Source: Amoebidium appalachense | Lineage: Eukaryota > Protista > Ichthyosporea | Length of the DNA stretch: 64,000 bases | Reading direction: 5' to 3' | Assembly (NCBI GenBank): GCA_963693365.1 | Contig: CAVNZM010000016.1 | Span: forward strand, 1,743,538 to 1,807,537 | In this document: positions 1-11,894 of the stretch, one piece after another | Position numbering within the stretch: the stretch's first letter is position 1 | Layout: the number at the start of each line of letters is the position of its first letter | Notes under the pieces: generated by a model | Seen by the model: only the letters and a program-made list of their open reading frames with translations | Databases searched by the model: none | Told to the model about the DNA's origin: nothing | Program-made: the position numbers and the translations under genes

Positions 1-188
1 CGCTGTTTACTCGAGGCAAAGAGAACCAGTCTCAGGTATGGGGGGGGGGGGTTTTGCTCGGAATATCCCCTCAGCGGTATATCATGATCACGTACATAGA
101 TGTCGGGTGGTGACTATATATCAGGGTTTACTTTCTCTACGAGACACCATAAAGACTACAAGGAGAAATCAATTAGTTGGGGTTCCCC

Positions 189-189
<1 letters not shown>

Positions 190-255
<66 letters not shown>

Positions 256-287
256 GGGCTCCCCTCGGGACACTCGGTATCAGCTGG

Positions 288-338
<51 letters not shown>

Positions 339-3300
339 TGTGTGTGTGTGCGCGTGCGCTATAATTTTGTAGTGATGTGTTTCTCAAGCCAATCAATACA
401 TCTAATAAACAGGTCGTAGTTACGCGTGTTTAGTATAAAATCAAGGATGTTGTAATTTACAGGTAGGCTATCTTTCTGGGTGTCTGTTGTGAATGTGACG
501 TGTGTGTGTTGCGGTATTATGTGGTCTATCAAACTACATTTGGCGATACATGACCGGTTAAACTGGTGTGTGTGTGTGTTGTTTGGGCATGCAAATGATG
601 CCACCTTATACTTATTAGATCTCCACTGTATAGCACGTGTACAGTAAAAGCGTGGTAATTGATCAATAATACCATCAGCTAGAGAAAGACCAGTTCTACA
701 GGAAGGTAATATGTATTTAGGTGTTATACACTTGCGAGTGCCATATTTGGCAATATGGTTGAGGCGGTCAGTATATATAAAACGAGACATAAGGCTTAGT
801 TTTTCAAGGTGTATGCTTTCATCGGGTCTAGTGTCGTGTGGTATCTTTTTCCATTTGTTATATTGCGTGATTATCTTGTGATTGTGTACATGTTTAATAA
901 GTAAGTGGCAGTCCAAAGTCACACACACACTATTGCGGGGTTTATTTGTATTTGTGCCCAGGGGAGAAGGGGAGAGAGAGGGGAGGAAAGAGGGGAGAGG
1001 TGAGGAGGGGACAGGTCGGATAGAGAAGAGAGGGTGGGAGGGCAAATACTTCTTTAAGCGGCTTATGTGCTTATTGAATTTCAGCGCGAGATAGGATACT
1101 CTAGCAGCTATTGGGACCAGACCATATATCGAGAGCGTTACAGGCCCAGGTTTACAACAGTTGTTAGATAGAAAGGAGGCAACTTCTGCTTCAAGGAAAT
1201 TTGCCAAGGGTTTAAGCGCTCTAGTTCTCTCTTTCTTGATCCAAGCGGCGAGAAGGGGTAAACCATATTCACATGCCGGGAAGACAAAAGTGCGAATAAA
1301 TGTAAGTCTAATAGAAGGATGGAGGGGTGTGTCTTTAAAAATATTAGCCGAGAAGAAAGCTAACCGCTTACGAGCCAACTCTACCCTCTTTTCGACCATA
1401 TGGGGAAACATAACACCAACAGAATCAACCGGAACACCAAGATATTTGTATTCTGGAACTATAGGTACAGGTTTAGATGATAATGTAAATGTGTGTAAAT
1501 TGTTAGCTATATCAGGTACAAGAACACCACATTTGTCTATGTTAAGGATCATAAGGTTTGCCTTGCACCACTCTGACACTACATCGAACAATCTTTGCAG
1601 GCGTCTAGGGGTACGGGCAAGGAGGGACAGATCATCAGCATAGAGAAGTGCAGGCGGAAAGTTATTAATAGGGTCATCGTTTTCGGCGTAAATCTTGACA
1701 GCCAAATCATCTATAAATAGGTTAAACAAAAAGGGGCTAAGCAATGAACCCTGCAAGAGACCTCTAGTACGAGCAAAACCATATGAAAGATGCCCATTAA
1801 CCACAGCTCTACCATAGGTTTGAGACAAGAGTGCTTCTAACAGAACACCAATGCAGTGTGGTACACCCCGTGCAGCAAGCTTTTCCCATAGGAGACCAGG
1901 GGAGACAGAATCGTAAGCAGTTTTCCAATCAATAAAGCCAACATATTGTGCACCAACTTGCATAGAATCGTGCAGTGCCATTATTTGAACATAACATGAA
2001 TTGTTTTTACGAAAAGCGGATTGGCATGGGTGTATGTGAAGAATAGATTGAAACCTAGGGTGATGTGCAAATAACCTAAGTAAGCAAGCTTCAAAGAATC
2101 TACGAACAACCTGGGTTAGTGTAATGGGGCGAAAGGATGATATGGGGCCCTCAGAGTCCTTCTTAACTATGGGGATCACTAAGGTATCTAACCAAGATGA
2201 CGGGACATGTCCACATTTAACACACCAAGAAAAGAGAGAGCTTAACATGATAGTAAGATCAGGTTTAATAGCACGATCACTTTCCTTTTGTGGGTAGGAG
2301 GGAACAAGGATTTTAAGAAACCCAGCAGGGAGTCCATCAGGTCCACAAGACTTACTAGAGCTATAACTAGATATCACAGACCATATGGCATCGGGACTGA
2401 AAAAGGGGAGGATCGATTCTATGGGGATAGATGGGTCTACAGGCCACACAATAGGTTTCTGAGCGGGGGTCCTATCTTTAAACAGTTCCGAGAAATACTT
2501 ATCAGAGTCTATGAGGGGGTCTCCAGTGGTATCACCAATAATACGAGCAGGGGGGCCAAATCGATTCATACTAGCAAGCCGGCGCAAGCTTTCCTTTTGA
2601 GACAGGGGTTCACCTAGTCTAGCGGGAGTGGTGTTTGGTAACAAGAGAGCATCGGGATATTCCTTCCTACCACCGCCAGCATAATCACCGAGATCTATCA
2701 AATCATCAACAATAAAGTTAGTGCATGTATCTAGTACGAGATGTGAATCTGGCCTGGCTTGTGCAGATTCTAATAGGCGCATATATATAGGGTGTTTCGT
2801 AGCATAGCATACACATACATCAACTCTACCCCACTGTGACTTAAGCTGGGATAGACGGAGGCGAAAGGTGGGAGGGGGAGGGGGGAGCAGATCAAGGGAG
2901 ATCTTAGGTAGGAAAAGGATAGGAGAGTGGTCAGATGACCTAGAGAGGTTAGGAGGGAGAGAGAGTTTTGACATGGTTGATGGCCAAAAGGCCACTCCCC
3001 AGTCGGTGTTGTGGGCATGGGATATTTGAGGGAACCGCAAAGTGTGACTTTGGACATACCTTGTTAAAGGGATAGCACGCTCCGGGGGCTTAGATGGGTA
3101 CCCGACACTCACTTGCAGTGTGTCTGTGTGGTGGAGTCGCGTGTTAAAATCACCTAAAATAACAGTGGACATTGGTAACTGTGACAACTCGTGAGTCAAT
3201 TCGACAACCGACATAGATGGTGGGTAATATACAAAAGTAAAAACATTAGAAAGAAACTCTATAGAAACCGAGAATTCCGTTTTTGCTACCGGTTTGCACT

Positions 3301-3654
3301 TCACTCTCACGTGTGGTGCGGCAAGTACAATAATGCCTCGGTTTTTCGCGTAACCGGGGTGTGTGGATGTGTCGACCAATGTAGAGTTGAATTTGTGGTG
3401 GTTTTTAAACTGTGTTTCGCAAATCACTGTAAACGTGTGGTTGTTTGTCTGTTGTTGTATGTAGCTGATTTTATCGTCGAGTGTCCCGGGGGGAGGCCCT
3501 TTTGGGGGCCCAGTGTCCGAGCATTCCAGAAGAAGAAGGATAAATTAGGCATCGGTTTGGTCCGACACCTGTGGGGTTGGTTCCCACTTGTCGCTTACGG
3601 GGTCGTATGCACGACCTTCCGCCAGCGCGAACAGTTCGCAGAAGAGCTCGATTT
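190..3654 (-). mobile_element. Non-LTR retrotransposon (APE+RT LINE), 5'-truncated, with poly(A) tail
   Basis: Poly-T 190-251 is the poly(A) tail on minus. A short 3' UTR with a (CA)n tract precedes it, then a long APE-RT ORF. An upstream open frame (EIELFCELFALAEGRAYDPVSDKWEPTPQVSDQTDA*) ends in a TAA next to the ORF2 ATG and looks like an ORF1 tail cut off at ~3655. No TSD found. Confidence 0.92.
359..3552 (-). CDS. LINE ORF2: apurinic-like endonuclease + reverse transcriptase + C-terminal Cys/His region; frame break at ~3480-3518
   Basis: APE motifs are WNARTL (after the ATG at 3552, in a different frame), ICET, LGDFN and SDHSPI. RT motifs are FRPITL, QSAFR, FIDWKTAYDSV, GLLQGSLLSPFLF, YADD and YKYLG. 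The long frame 359..3427 is 1022 aa. Confidence 0.93.
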
Positions 3655-3839
3655 CCCAGTCGGCGTCCACGAATAAGAGACTCCCTCCACGGGGGGGTAC
3701 CGCTAAAGTATCTTATTCTCAAATATGAGAAAAAGACGTCACTCCATAATAAACTATGACGTCATATAATTGTCCCCCCAACTTTGGTAGCGCTAGATCT
3801 CTTATTCGTGGAATCTCTTATTCGCGGACGCCGACTGGG
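3655..3839. mobile_element. MITE-like element, 185 bp, 26-bp terminal inverted repeats
   Basis: cccagtcggcgtccacgaataagaga (3655-3680) is the reverse complement of 3814-3839 with 1 mismatch. An extra subterminal copy tctcttattcgtgga sits at ~3798-3812. No TSD recognised. Confidence 0.65.
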
Positions 3840-4017
3840 CATGCATCACCTCTATAGCTAAACTTTGATATAATTTTAATGATTTTTTCTCCAAATTGCA
3901 CGTCAAGTCAAGTATGTGCAGGGGTTGGCCGAAAATAAGATTACGTGGATTTTCGCCCCTAACGGGCCGTAGTAGCCTATGAATTCTAATTCTGCAACCC
4001 CTAGCCCAGCACAATCG

Positions 4018-4062
<45 letters not shown>

Positions 4063-4484
4063 CCCGGCCCCCTGCGCAAACCCCCCCCTCCCCCCCCTCC
4101 CTCGCCCCCCCCCAACCCGGGCGGCCAGCTCACTGTGCTACATAAACGGCATGTGCCGCAGTCTCTGTACAGGTTAATCGCCTATGCGCATGCAGTTTAG
4201 TTGGTGCCCAGGGCCTGAGTACACGTGAATTCTGTTAACGATCGTGGGTGTTGCGGTGGCACTGTGTAATTGTGTGTGCCTGTGTGTGTAATGGTTTATG
4301 TGCATATGTGAGTGTCCCCGTGTGTTGTGTGTGCATACGTATGGTGGGTCTCATGATGTATGTATATAACACATAATCGTTGTGTGCCTTGCTACTGTGT
4401 GAGCGTGCGTGCCAGAGTCAGGTGACACGGTGCGTGCGCACATGATGCCATGCACTGAGTCAGCTCTCTCTCTGTGTGTGTGCA

Positions 4485-4555
<71 letters not shown>

Positions 4556-4904
4556 CAACAGTGAGTGAGTGATTGTGTGTGTGTGTGTGTGTGTGTCATA
4601 GTGTGTGTGTGTGTGTTGTGTGCCAATGTGTAGCACATGATGTGCGCGTGGTCCGTGTGTGGGTCACGTGTGCGGCATGTGCAACGGTGCGTGTGTATGT
4701 GTACATGTGTGCGTGGGGGGTAAAGGGGGGGGGGGGGGGGGGGGAGGGGGGGGAGGGGGGGATCGGGGGAGAGGAAGGTGGGGGGGCGGTTCAGATACAT
4801 TATGTATGCCGTATTTGCAGAACCTTTCCTAATCGATACAACCAGAGGTTCCAAACGTTCGATGTCAAGCTCCTATCTATTCGATTCCAACGTTCGATTC
4901 CAAG

Positions 4905-5862
4905 CTCCTATGGTTATGACCGGCGTCCTCGAAAAAATGGAACACAGGCCCCCAATGCATTTGAGCGGCGGCCTACTCCTGCCCACGAGGTTCAACATTT
5001 GGACTGTCATTTTTTTTTTTTTTAACCGTGGGAAAAAATGGAACGCAGGTCCCCTATGGTTATGACCGGCGTTCTCGAAAAAATGGAACACAGGCCCCCA
5101 TTGTTTTGAGCGGCGGCCTCACAGCAGGGGCCACCTAGCCTGCAGGCCCTGCCTGGACCACCCAGCCAGCAGCAAGCGACCACACCCACACTACAGCAGC
5201 TGCCTGCAGCAGTTCAACATTTGGACTCTGTCATTTTTTTTGTAACCGTGGGGAAAAATGGAACGCAGGTCCCCTGTGGTCACAGTGACCGGCGTCCTCG
5301 AAAAATGGAACACAGGCCCCCATTGTTTTGAGCGGCGGCCTACCTGCCCACGCGGTTCAACATTTGGACTGTCTTTTCTTTGGTAACCGTGGGAAAAAAT
5401 GGAACGCAGATCCCCTATAGTTATGACCGGCGTTCTCGAAAAAATGGAACACAGGCCCCCAATGTTTTGAGCGGCGGCCTACTCCTGCCCACGCGGTTCA
5501 ACATTTGGACTCTGTCATTTCTTTGTAACCGTGGGAAAGAATGGAACGCAGGTCCCCTATGGTTATGACCGGCGTTCTCGTAAAAATGGAACACAGGCCC
5601 CCATTGTTTTGAGCAGCGGCCTACGCCTTCCCACAAGGTTCAACATTTGGACTCTTGTCAATTTTTTGTAACCGTGGGAAAAAATGGGACGCAGGTCAGG
5701 TCCCCTATGGTTATGACCGGCGTTCACGAAAAAATGGAACACAGGCCCCCATTGTTTTGAGCGGCGGCCTACTCCTGCCGACGCGGTTCAACATTTCAAT
5801 TGGACTCTGTCATTTTTTTGTAACCGTGGGAAAAAATGGAACGCAGGTCCCCTGTGGTTATG
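4905..5862. repeat. Tandem satellite, ~145-bp unit, about 6 units
   Basis: The ggttatgaccggcg motif recurs at about 4912, 5058, 5278, 5419, 5561, 5709 and 5856. Each unit has two aaaaaatggaacRcagg sub-repeats. Unit 2 has a ~90-bp foreign insert. Confidence 0.92.
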
Positions 5863-6337
5863 AGCATGGAATTAGACATGTGTGCACGTGCAGCTTGCAG
5901 GATTATTCATGGGAAAACAGATATAATAGTCACATGGGACCGACACGTAGTAGAGGAACCATGAGCGTTTATGTCATAGTTTTATCATGGGAAAATATGC
6001 AAGTAGCCGTGAGGTATGACTGTGGAATGCATCGCTAGTCAAGTACTGTCACCCGATTGGCTCACTTAGTTTATTGGAACCGTGATGCCATGGGACAGCA
6101 CCGTGAACCGTATGTGATTGGCTCTCGTAGCCAAAAGAACATACCGATGCGCATGTCTGAGCCGCTGTGCGAGCTCCGATATAAGGGCATGTCGGGGGCT
6201 TCAGAGCTCACTCAGTGTGCTCGGCTTACTAGGTGTAAGTAGGACTAGCACGTAACTTAGCAAAGCGTGGTCTAGTCAACCCCGTTCTTTCACAAATATA
6301 TTGTTTTGTCACGGACACACGATCAATTTATACAACA
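5860..6337 (+). mobile_element. Partial, diverged LTR of the Gypsy chromovirus family found at 40870-46900
   Basis: Colinear similarity to about 41002-41481 (atgagcatgga...gggaaaacagatataatag...tatacaaca). The 5' part is missing and it is joined to the satellite through ATGA microhomology. Confidence 0.88.
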
Positions 6338-6594
6338 ACTGGCAGCCAACAGCTACAGACCACACCCATGCGGCCGTAGCGGCCCGCAGCAGCAGAGTGC
6401 AGCCCTGGCCAGCAGGCACGGCATGGGTCACCCACCCTGCAGCAGCACCCCACCCCCCCAGCAGCACACCTGTCTCAGACAGGTTGGCAGTGGGAGGAGT
6501 GGGAGGCACCCATGTGCGGGAGCAACTACAACTATACAGGTCAGTCCCAACTCCGAAGGAAACAGCAAAAACTCCTTCGGCTACGGGCAACAGC

Positions 6595-7546
6595 TGTAAA
6601 TTTGTATAAGTATTTGGGACTGGGAAGTACTAGCAGAGACACGGTGGTGCAGTGTAAAAACACCACAGACACACAACAACAAAAACACGGAACGATCGGA
6701 GCAGTGTACACAACAGCCTGAGACAACAATGTTTAAACACGACTCAACTAAATTTATTTCGATCTCGAGTATATACTCGAAATTCTCTTAAGTCAAACCT
6801 ATCCGTGATTTCCGATCAGTCGGAAATCAGATCTGTCTCTAAAAGAAACCAATCACTAAGTACTAATTGCATTCAGAGAGATCCGGTACGCGGATATGTA
6901 CAGGATAGGGCACAGACACTAGCGAAGATCAACTTGTGTCATTATCGAGGGAGCCCTGAGGGAAAGTTCTAACCTATGACACACTGCAAAGACTCGGACA
7001 TACCACACTTAACCTTGATGATTGGTTAAAGCACGGCAACGTGACATGAAAACTAAAGTAAATTAATGAAGTCTGATCACACATGTCAACCCAAGACAGT
7101 GTAGCCTAAGTGTGTTACCGTCCAATCAACACATATCAAGTAACACAAATCTACCTAACATATAATAGTAGAAAAGAAATACGATTATACACATGGAAAC
7201 AAGGAGAGAAAGAAAAGAAAATAAAGTAAGGAGAAAGAGAAAGGAGAACTTGAAGAGAGCACAGATCAACAAACGAGATAGCAACTTTGAATAGTATAAG
7301 TTAAACTATAACTAAAGATATTTATGTACACACGAACATGTACACGTCTCTCCCTGACTCAGCAGGTGGATCCGTGTACAGACGATTAAAGCCGATACAA
7401 CACGATTACAAGTATAATACAAGCATATCGGAGATCGATGCTTAGCCTACACTTAACATTATAGGAGTGTGACATTTATACTAAGCACTGAACCATAACA
7501 CAAACTGAAAAGATCTTACCTAATGTAGATACTACGTACTACAACA
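6595..7546 (-). repeat. Copia-1 3' LTR
   Basis: Direct repeat of 11895-12820, with termini tgttgt...tttaca on minus and an adjacent PPT. Confidence 0.85.
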
Positions 7547-7664
7547 TCCCCACTTACGACTTTGAAGTTTGTGTTATCCGATATAGTATCCCCAGTGGCA
7601 CTGAACTAGTGAATTTTCCCCACATGAGAACAGAAACGAAAAAGGAAAGTGTGTGGGTTCCCGC

Positions 7665-7695
<31 letters not shown>

Positions 7696-7979
7696 AAACA
7701 ACGAAGACCCACAACGACGTTGGCCGGATCGGATATTACTAACTGGGTTGTAAGCAGTGAAAGATAGAGTAGACTCGCGGTAAAGGTCAAACCATATATA
7801 AAAACCCTAGGTGGGCATACCCACAAAGGCAATATACATAAGAAATGATGATGGTGGAAGACTCCACTGGCAGATCTTGATGTTAAGTAGTAATCATTCC
7901 AGCCGGGAGGCAGTGTAGGTGCATCTGCTGTTCAGGGCCCCAGCCGTAGTAGAAGACCACACGTGAAGCGGAAGACAGT

Positions 7980-10900
7980 TCAATCGACAATGTCCGGCAC
8001 ACAAAGTCGGGCACGATGGGTGACGTGCCTCGGGCCAGGGAGAGGCTTGGTAAGGATGTCGGCCAAGTTGTGAGCTGACTCGACGTAGTGGACGACAACA
8101 TCCCCACTGGCAATGTAGTCTTTGGTGTTATGGTACCGGACGGCAATGTGTTTGGTACGGTGCTTGATGCCGGTGGAGTTGACGATGGCAATGGTCGACT
8201 GGTTGTTACAATACACCGGAGTCGGAGCAAGCATGGGGCAGCCGAGTTCCTTCAAGAGGGCATGGACCCAAGCAACTTCCTGGGTGCCGGCATTGAGGGC
8301 AGTCAGCTCAGCTTCGGTGGTGCTGGTGGCCGTGATGGGCTGGAGCTTGGAGTACCAGATGATGGGCATACCAGCAAACTTGATGACGTAATCGGTGGTA
8401 GACTTCTTGCTGTCAGCACAACCAGAAAAGTCAGCATCCGTGTAGCACTCGAGGATGGGAGGCTTGGTGGCCGAGTACTTGTAGTCGATGCCAAGGTCAA
8501 TGGTGCCGAGAAGATACCGGGCCACACGACGGAGAAGATCCCAGTGAGTCTTGCCGGGGTTGCTGCTGAACCGACCAAGGAAGCCGATGGCATAGGCAAT
8601 ATCGGGATGTGTGCACCGTGCCACCCAGAGAAGACGGCCGAGTAACTCACGGTAGGGCACGGTGAACGGTTGGGGGGGGGTAGTCAGCCAGGGAGACGGT
8701 GGTACCTGCAGGAATGGGGGTGGACTTGGACTTGACATCGGTGAGGTTGAAGTCGTGGATGATATCCATGATGTAAGACCTCTGGTGCATGTGTAGGTGG
8801 TGGGGATTGGAGTGATTAAAATCAACACCGAGCATGCGGTCGAAAGGGCTCATACGACAGCTGGCCATCTTGCTGCCAGGATGTGGGCAGCCAGGTCACG
8901 GGCAGCATTAGAACCCCGGGAGTTGGTGAGATAGTGGAGTCGTCGACATAGTTGCCAGCCCGGACCACTTCGTTGTTGGGGAAGAACCGGAGGTAGATGC
9001 ACGTTGGGTCAGTCCTAATAGTACGGGTCAGACCATGGGCAAGAAGTATACCGTCGAGAAAGTCGTACCAGGCCTTGGAGGCATGCTTGAGGCCGTACAG
9101 AGCTTTCTTGAGTCTCCAGACCTTCCCGAGGGTGACCATGGTGATGAATCCTGGTGGCTGTTTCATGTAGATGGTCTCGGTGAGTGGGCTGTTGAGAAAG
9201 GCCGTAGACACGTCGAGTTGATGGATGTCATGACCTTCAACAACGGCAAGGGCAAGGATGGCACGGAGGGCAGCCGGACGGATGACAGGGCTCTCAATCA
9301 ACTCATAGTCAACACCGTATTGCTGACTGTAGCCTTGAGCAACACCACGGGCCTTGATCTTGGTGTCACCTGCCGAGTTGAGAGTCTTCTCAGAGACAAT
9401 CCACTTGAACCCGACGATGTTAGCACCAGGGGGAGGGTCAACGAGTTCAAAGATATCTTTATCGACGAAGGCTTGATACTCAGCAGTAAGGGCTGACTTG
9501 ACCTGCCAGTGGTCACCGTGGGGGCCGGAGCACAGTTGACGGACAAGTTTGGGTAGCTGGTCGACGTTGATGGCAGGGCCGGGGGGAACAGGCATGGTAG
9601 TGGTGGCTTGAAGGCCAACCTTGCCTTGCAAATGGGCAGAACGACGGGGTGGAGGGACGGGGGTGGGCGGGGACAGGGGGGGGGGGGGGGGGGGGGGGGA
9701 CTTGGAAGCCCGGGACAGCAGGGGGGGGAGCCGCAGGGCTCGACGGGGCCGAGTGGAAATTGTCGGGGTAGCCGGGTCGGATGGGGGTAATGTTGCCAGG
9801 GGCTTGATGGACGGCAGCAGACTGAACGGGCACTGGAGCAGGGGGGCCGGTGGGGGGGGGGGGGGTCACTTGGGGGAACGACGACAGCAGGAAGGGACTC
9901 CGGAGTCGGAGTCCACCAGGCAAATGTCATCATCAGTCGCAACGGCGGGGGGTGGGGTGGCCGAGGTGTCAGAGGTGTCGGAGGTCGGCAGGGCAGACGG
10001 GGTCTCGGACGGGAGGTAAGCTGATTCGTCAAAAATCACATCACGGAAGAGGCCGACACGATGAGTGGTGGTGTTGAAGATTCGGTGACAGTGTGATTGA
10101 AGATCGTACCCAATGTACATGCCGAGTTTGACCGTGGGGGCCAGCTTGTTCCGTTTGGAAGCTGGAACATGAGTGTAGGCCGTGCAACCAAACACTTTGA
10201 GCTCGGAGATGTCGGGCTTGATACCATAGAAAACCTCGAACGGAGTACGACCGTTGGCAGCTGTGGACGGTGTGACGTTGACAATGTAGGCAGCATGTTG
10301 GAGGGCCTCAGCCCACAGTTTGGGGGACAGAGATTGATCACGGACTTGGTGGAGTAGACAACGAACAATCTCTTGGAGGAACCGCATACGACGTTCGACA
10401 TAGCCGTTGAGTTGAGGGCAGTCCACCGGTGCATAGCTGTCCCTTGATGCCCTGGGAGGTGCAGAAAGCACGGGTAGCCTGGGAGGTGAATTCAGAGCCG
10501 GAGTCGAAGTGGTAGACACCAACTTTGGAGGGGGCATGGGTAGCTACGAGGTTGGTGTGAGCCGTGATGATGTCCAGGGTGGTGGTACGGTCGGCCATCG
10601 GGTAGATCTTGACGAGTCCGGAGGCACGGCAGACAGTGACGAGAGCAACCTTGGAGCCTCCGAACGATGTCGTGGTAGGCTCAAAAAATCCCAATGCCAT
10701 TCATGGCCAGGGATGGTTGAGTGAGGACGGTCACCCTTGAACGGAGCCTTGGTGGTTTTACCTATCATGCAGCTGTGACAATCAGGGACATCACAGTCGA
10801 GGACGGACGAGGGGCGGCCGATGACAAGGTCGTGTTTCACCATCTCCTTGATGCTGGTCATGGCACGGTGCCCCAGACGATGATGCCAGATGGACGGGTT

Positions 10901-11894
10901 AACACTTGTAGTGGCAGCCAGAGCCACAGGACAAGTGGGTGGTTGAATTGTGTAGTCCGTGAAGTACTAGTACAGACCGTTGTGGTAACGGAGGTTGACG
11001 AGGTGACGGCCTGTAAGTTGGTCGAAGAGGAATGACGGAGTGGAGGCATCGTTCAAGTCACCCTTGATGTATTCGGCAGCAGCTTGGGATGTTGAGATGA
11101 GGAAGGCATGGCCGGACGGGGTGTAGTAGGCCTCAATGGTAAGGGTGGCAGTGCCATGGATGATGGTAGTGTTGATGACGTTATGGCCGGTATGGGTGGC
11201 CATGACGGGGTTACCGTTGAAGGCAGCAACTGGAGTCGGCGCCGGGAGGGGAGTGAGGTCCTGGAAGAACTCACAGTTGGGGCAGACGGTCATGTTGCAC
11301 CCTGAATCCCAGGCAGGGTCGGAGGTCACGGGGACGGAGCTAGCATTGTATGCAGAGAAGGCAAAGGAGACGGATTTCTCACGGCCTTGACGGGAACGGT
11401 TGTGTTTGGAAACACGGCATTTCGGATCGGGGCGATCGATGATCTTGTGGTCAGGCTCGTGGCAATAGGAACATCCATTGGGGGACGGGAGGCTAGAACG
11501 AGCCGGGGAATTAGAACGACGGGGACCCGAGAAACGGGAACGACCGGGGGAATGGGACGTGGACCGGAAGGCAGGCCGGTGGGGGGAACGGGAACGGGTG
11601 TGCTGACGGGAGAGCCGAGTACGGAGATCTGTGCCGGAGGTACGGTCAAGACGGTGGCGTAAGTCACGGCGGGGAAGATCACGGGGGGGAGCACTGGCAT
11701 TCAAGGCCATGCTGGACTTGGAGGAACGGGGTTCACGGTTGGTCCGGAGTTGCATCTTAAGGTATTGGCGTAACTCGATGCCCTTGATGTGGTTGTGCAG
11801 GGACTCAAAGTCAGGGAATATCTTATCACCGAAGTAGTAGCCTTCGATGAGGCGGTTGAACTCAGGGGTGAGGTCATCACGGGTGGTGAGTTCA
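7980..11894 (-). pseudogene. Copia gag-pol polyprotein pseudogene with several frameshifts
   Basis: Fragments in different frames: knuckle CSYCHEPDH, protease WDSGC, WHHRLGH..CHSC, integrase FDSGSEF and NGYVERR, RT KARGVAQG, QLDVSTAFL, LYGLK and YVDD, RNase H YTDAD, TEAE and ADILTK. Confidence 0.93.

Larger units (their letters stand above)
6595..11894 (-). mobile_element. Ty1/Copia LTR retrotransposon (family 1), decayed, 5' part interrupted
   Basis: 3' LTR 6595-7546 (TG...CA on minus) is preceded by the PPT aagtgggga (plus 7547-7555). Domain order on minus is gag-PR-IN-RT-RH. Confidence 0.92.

Noticed and set aside
1-17. 17-bp inverted match to 24293-24309
   Set aside because: It is short enough to arise by chance in a window this size and does not extend clearly. 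It is cut by the window edge.
3553-3654. HDV-like 5' ribozyme of the LINE
   Set aside because: Small hairpins exist, but I could not build the nested pseudoknot. The stretch reads as an ORF1 tail.
4905-5862. CRISPR-like array
   Set aside because: The sequences between sub-repeats are themselves repeated rather than unique spacers. There are no cas genes and the context is eukaryotic.
6338-6594. PBS and gag start after the partial Gypsy LTR
   Set aside because: A TGG is present, but no tRNA match can be supported and there is no similarity to the internal region at 41482 onward.
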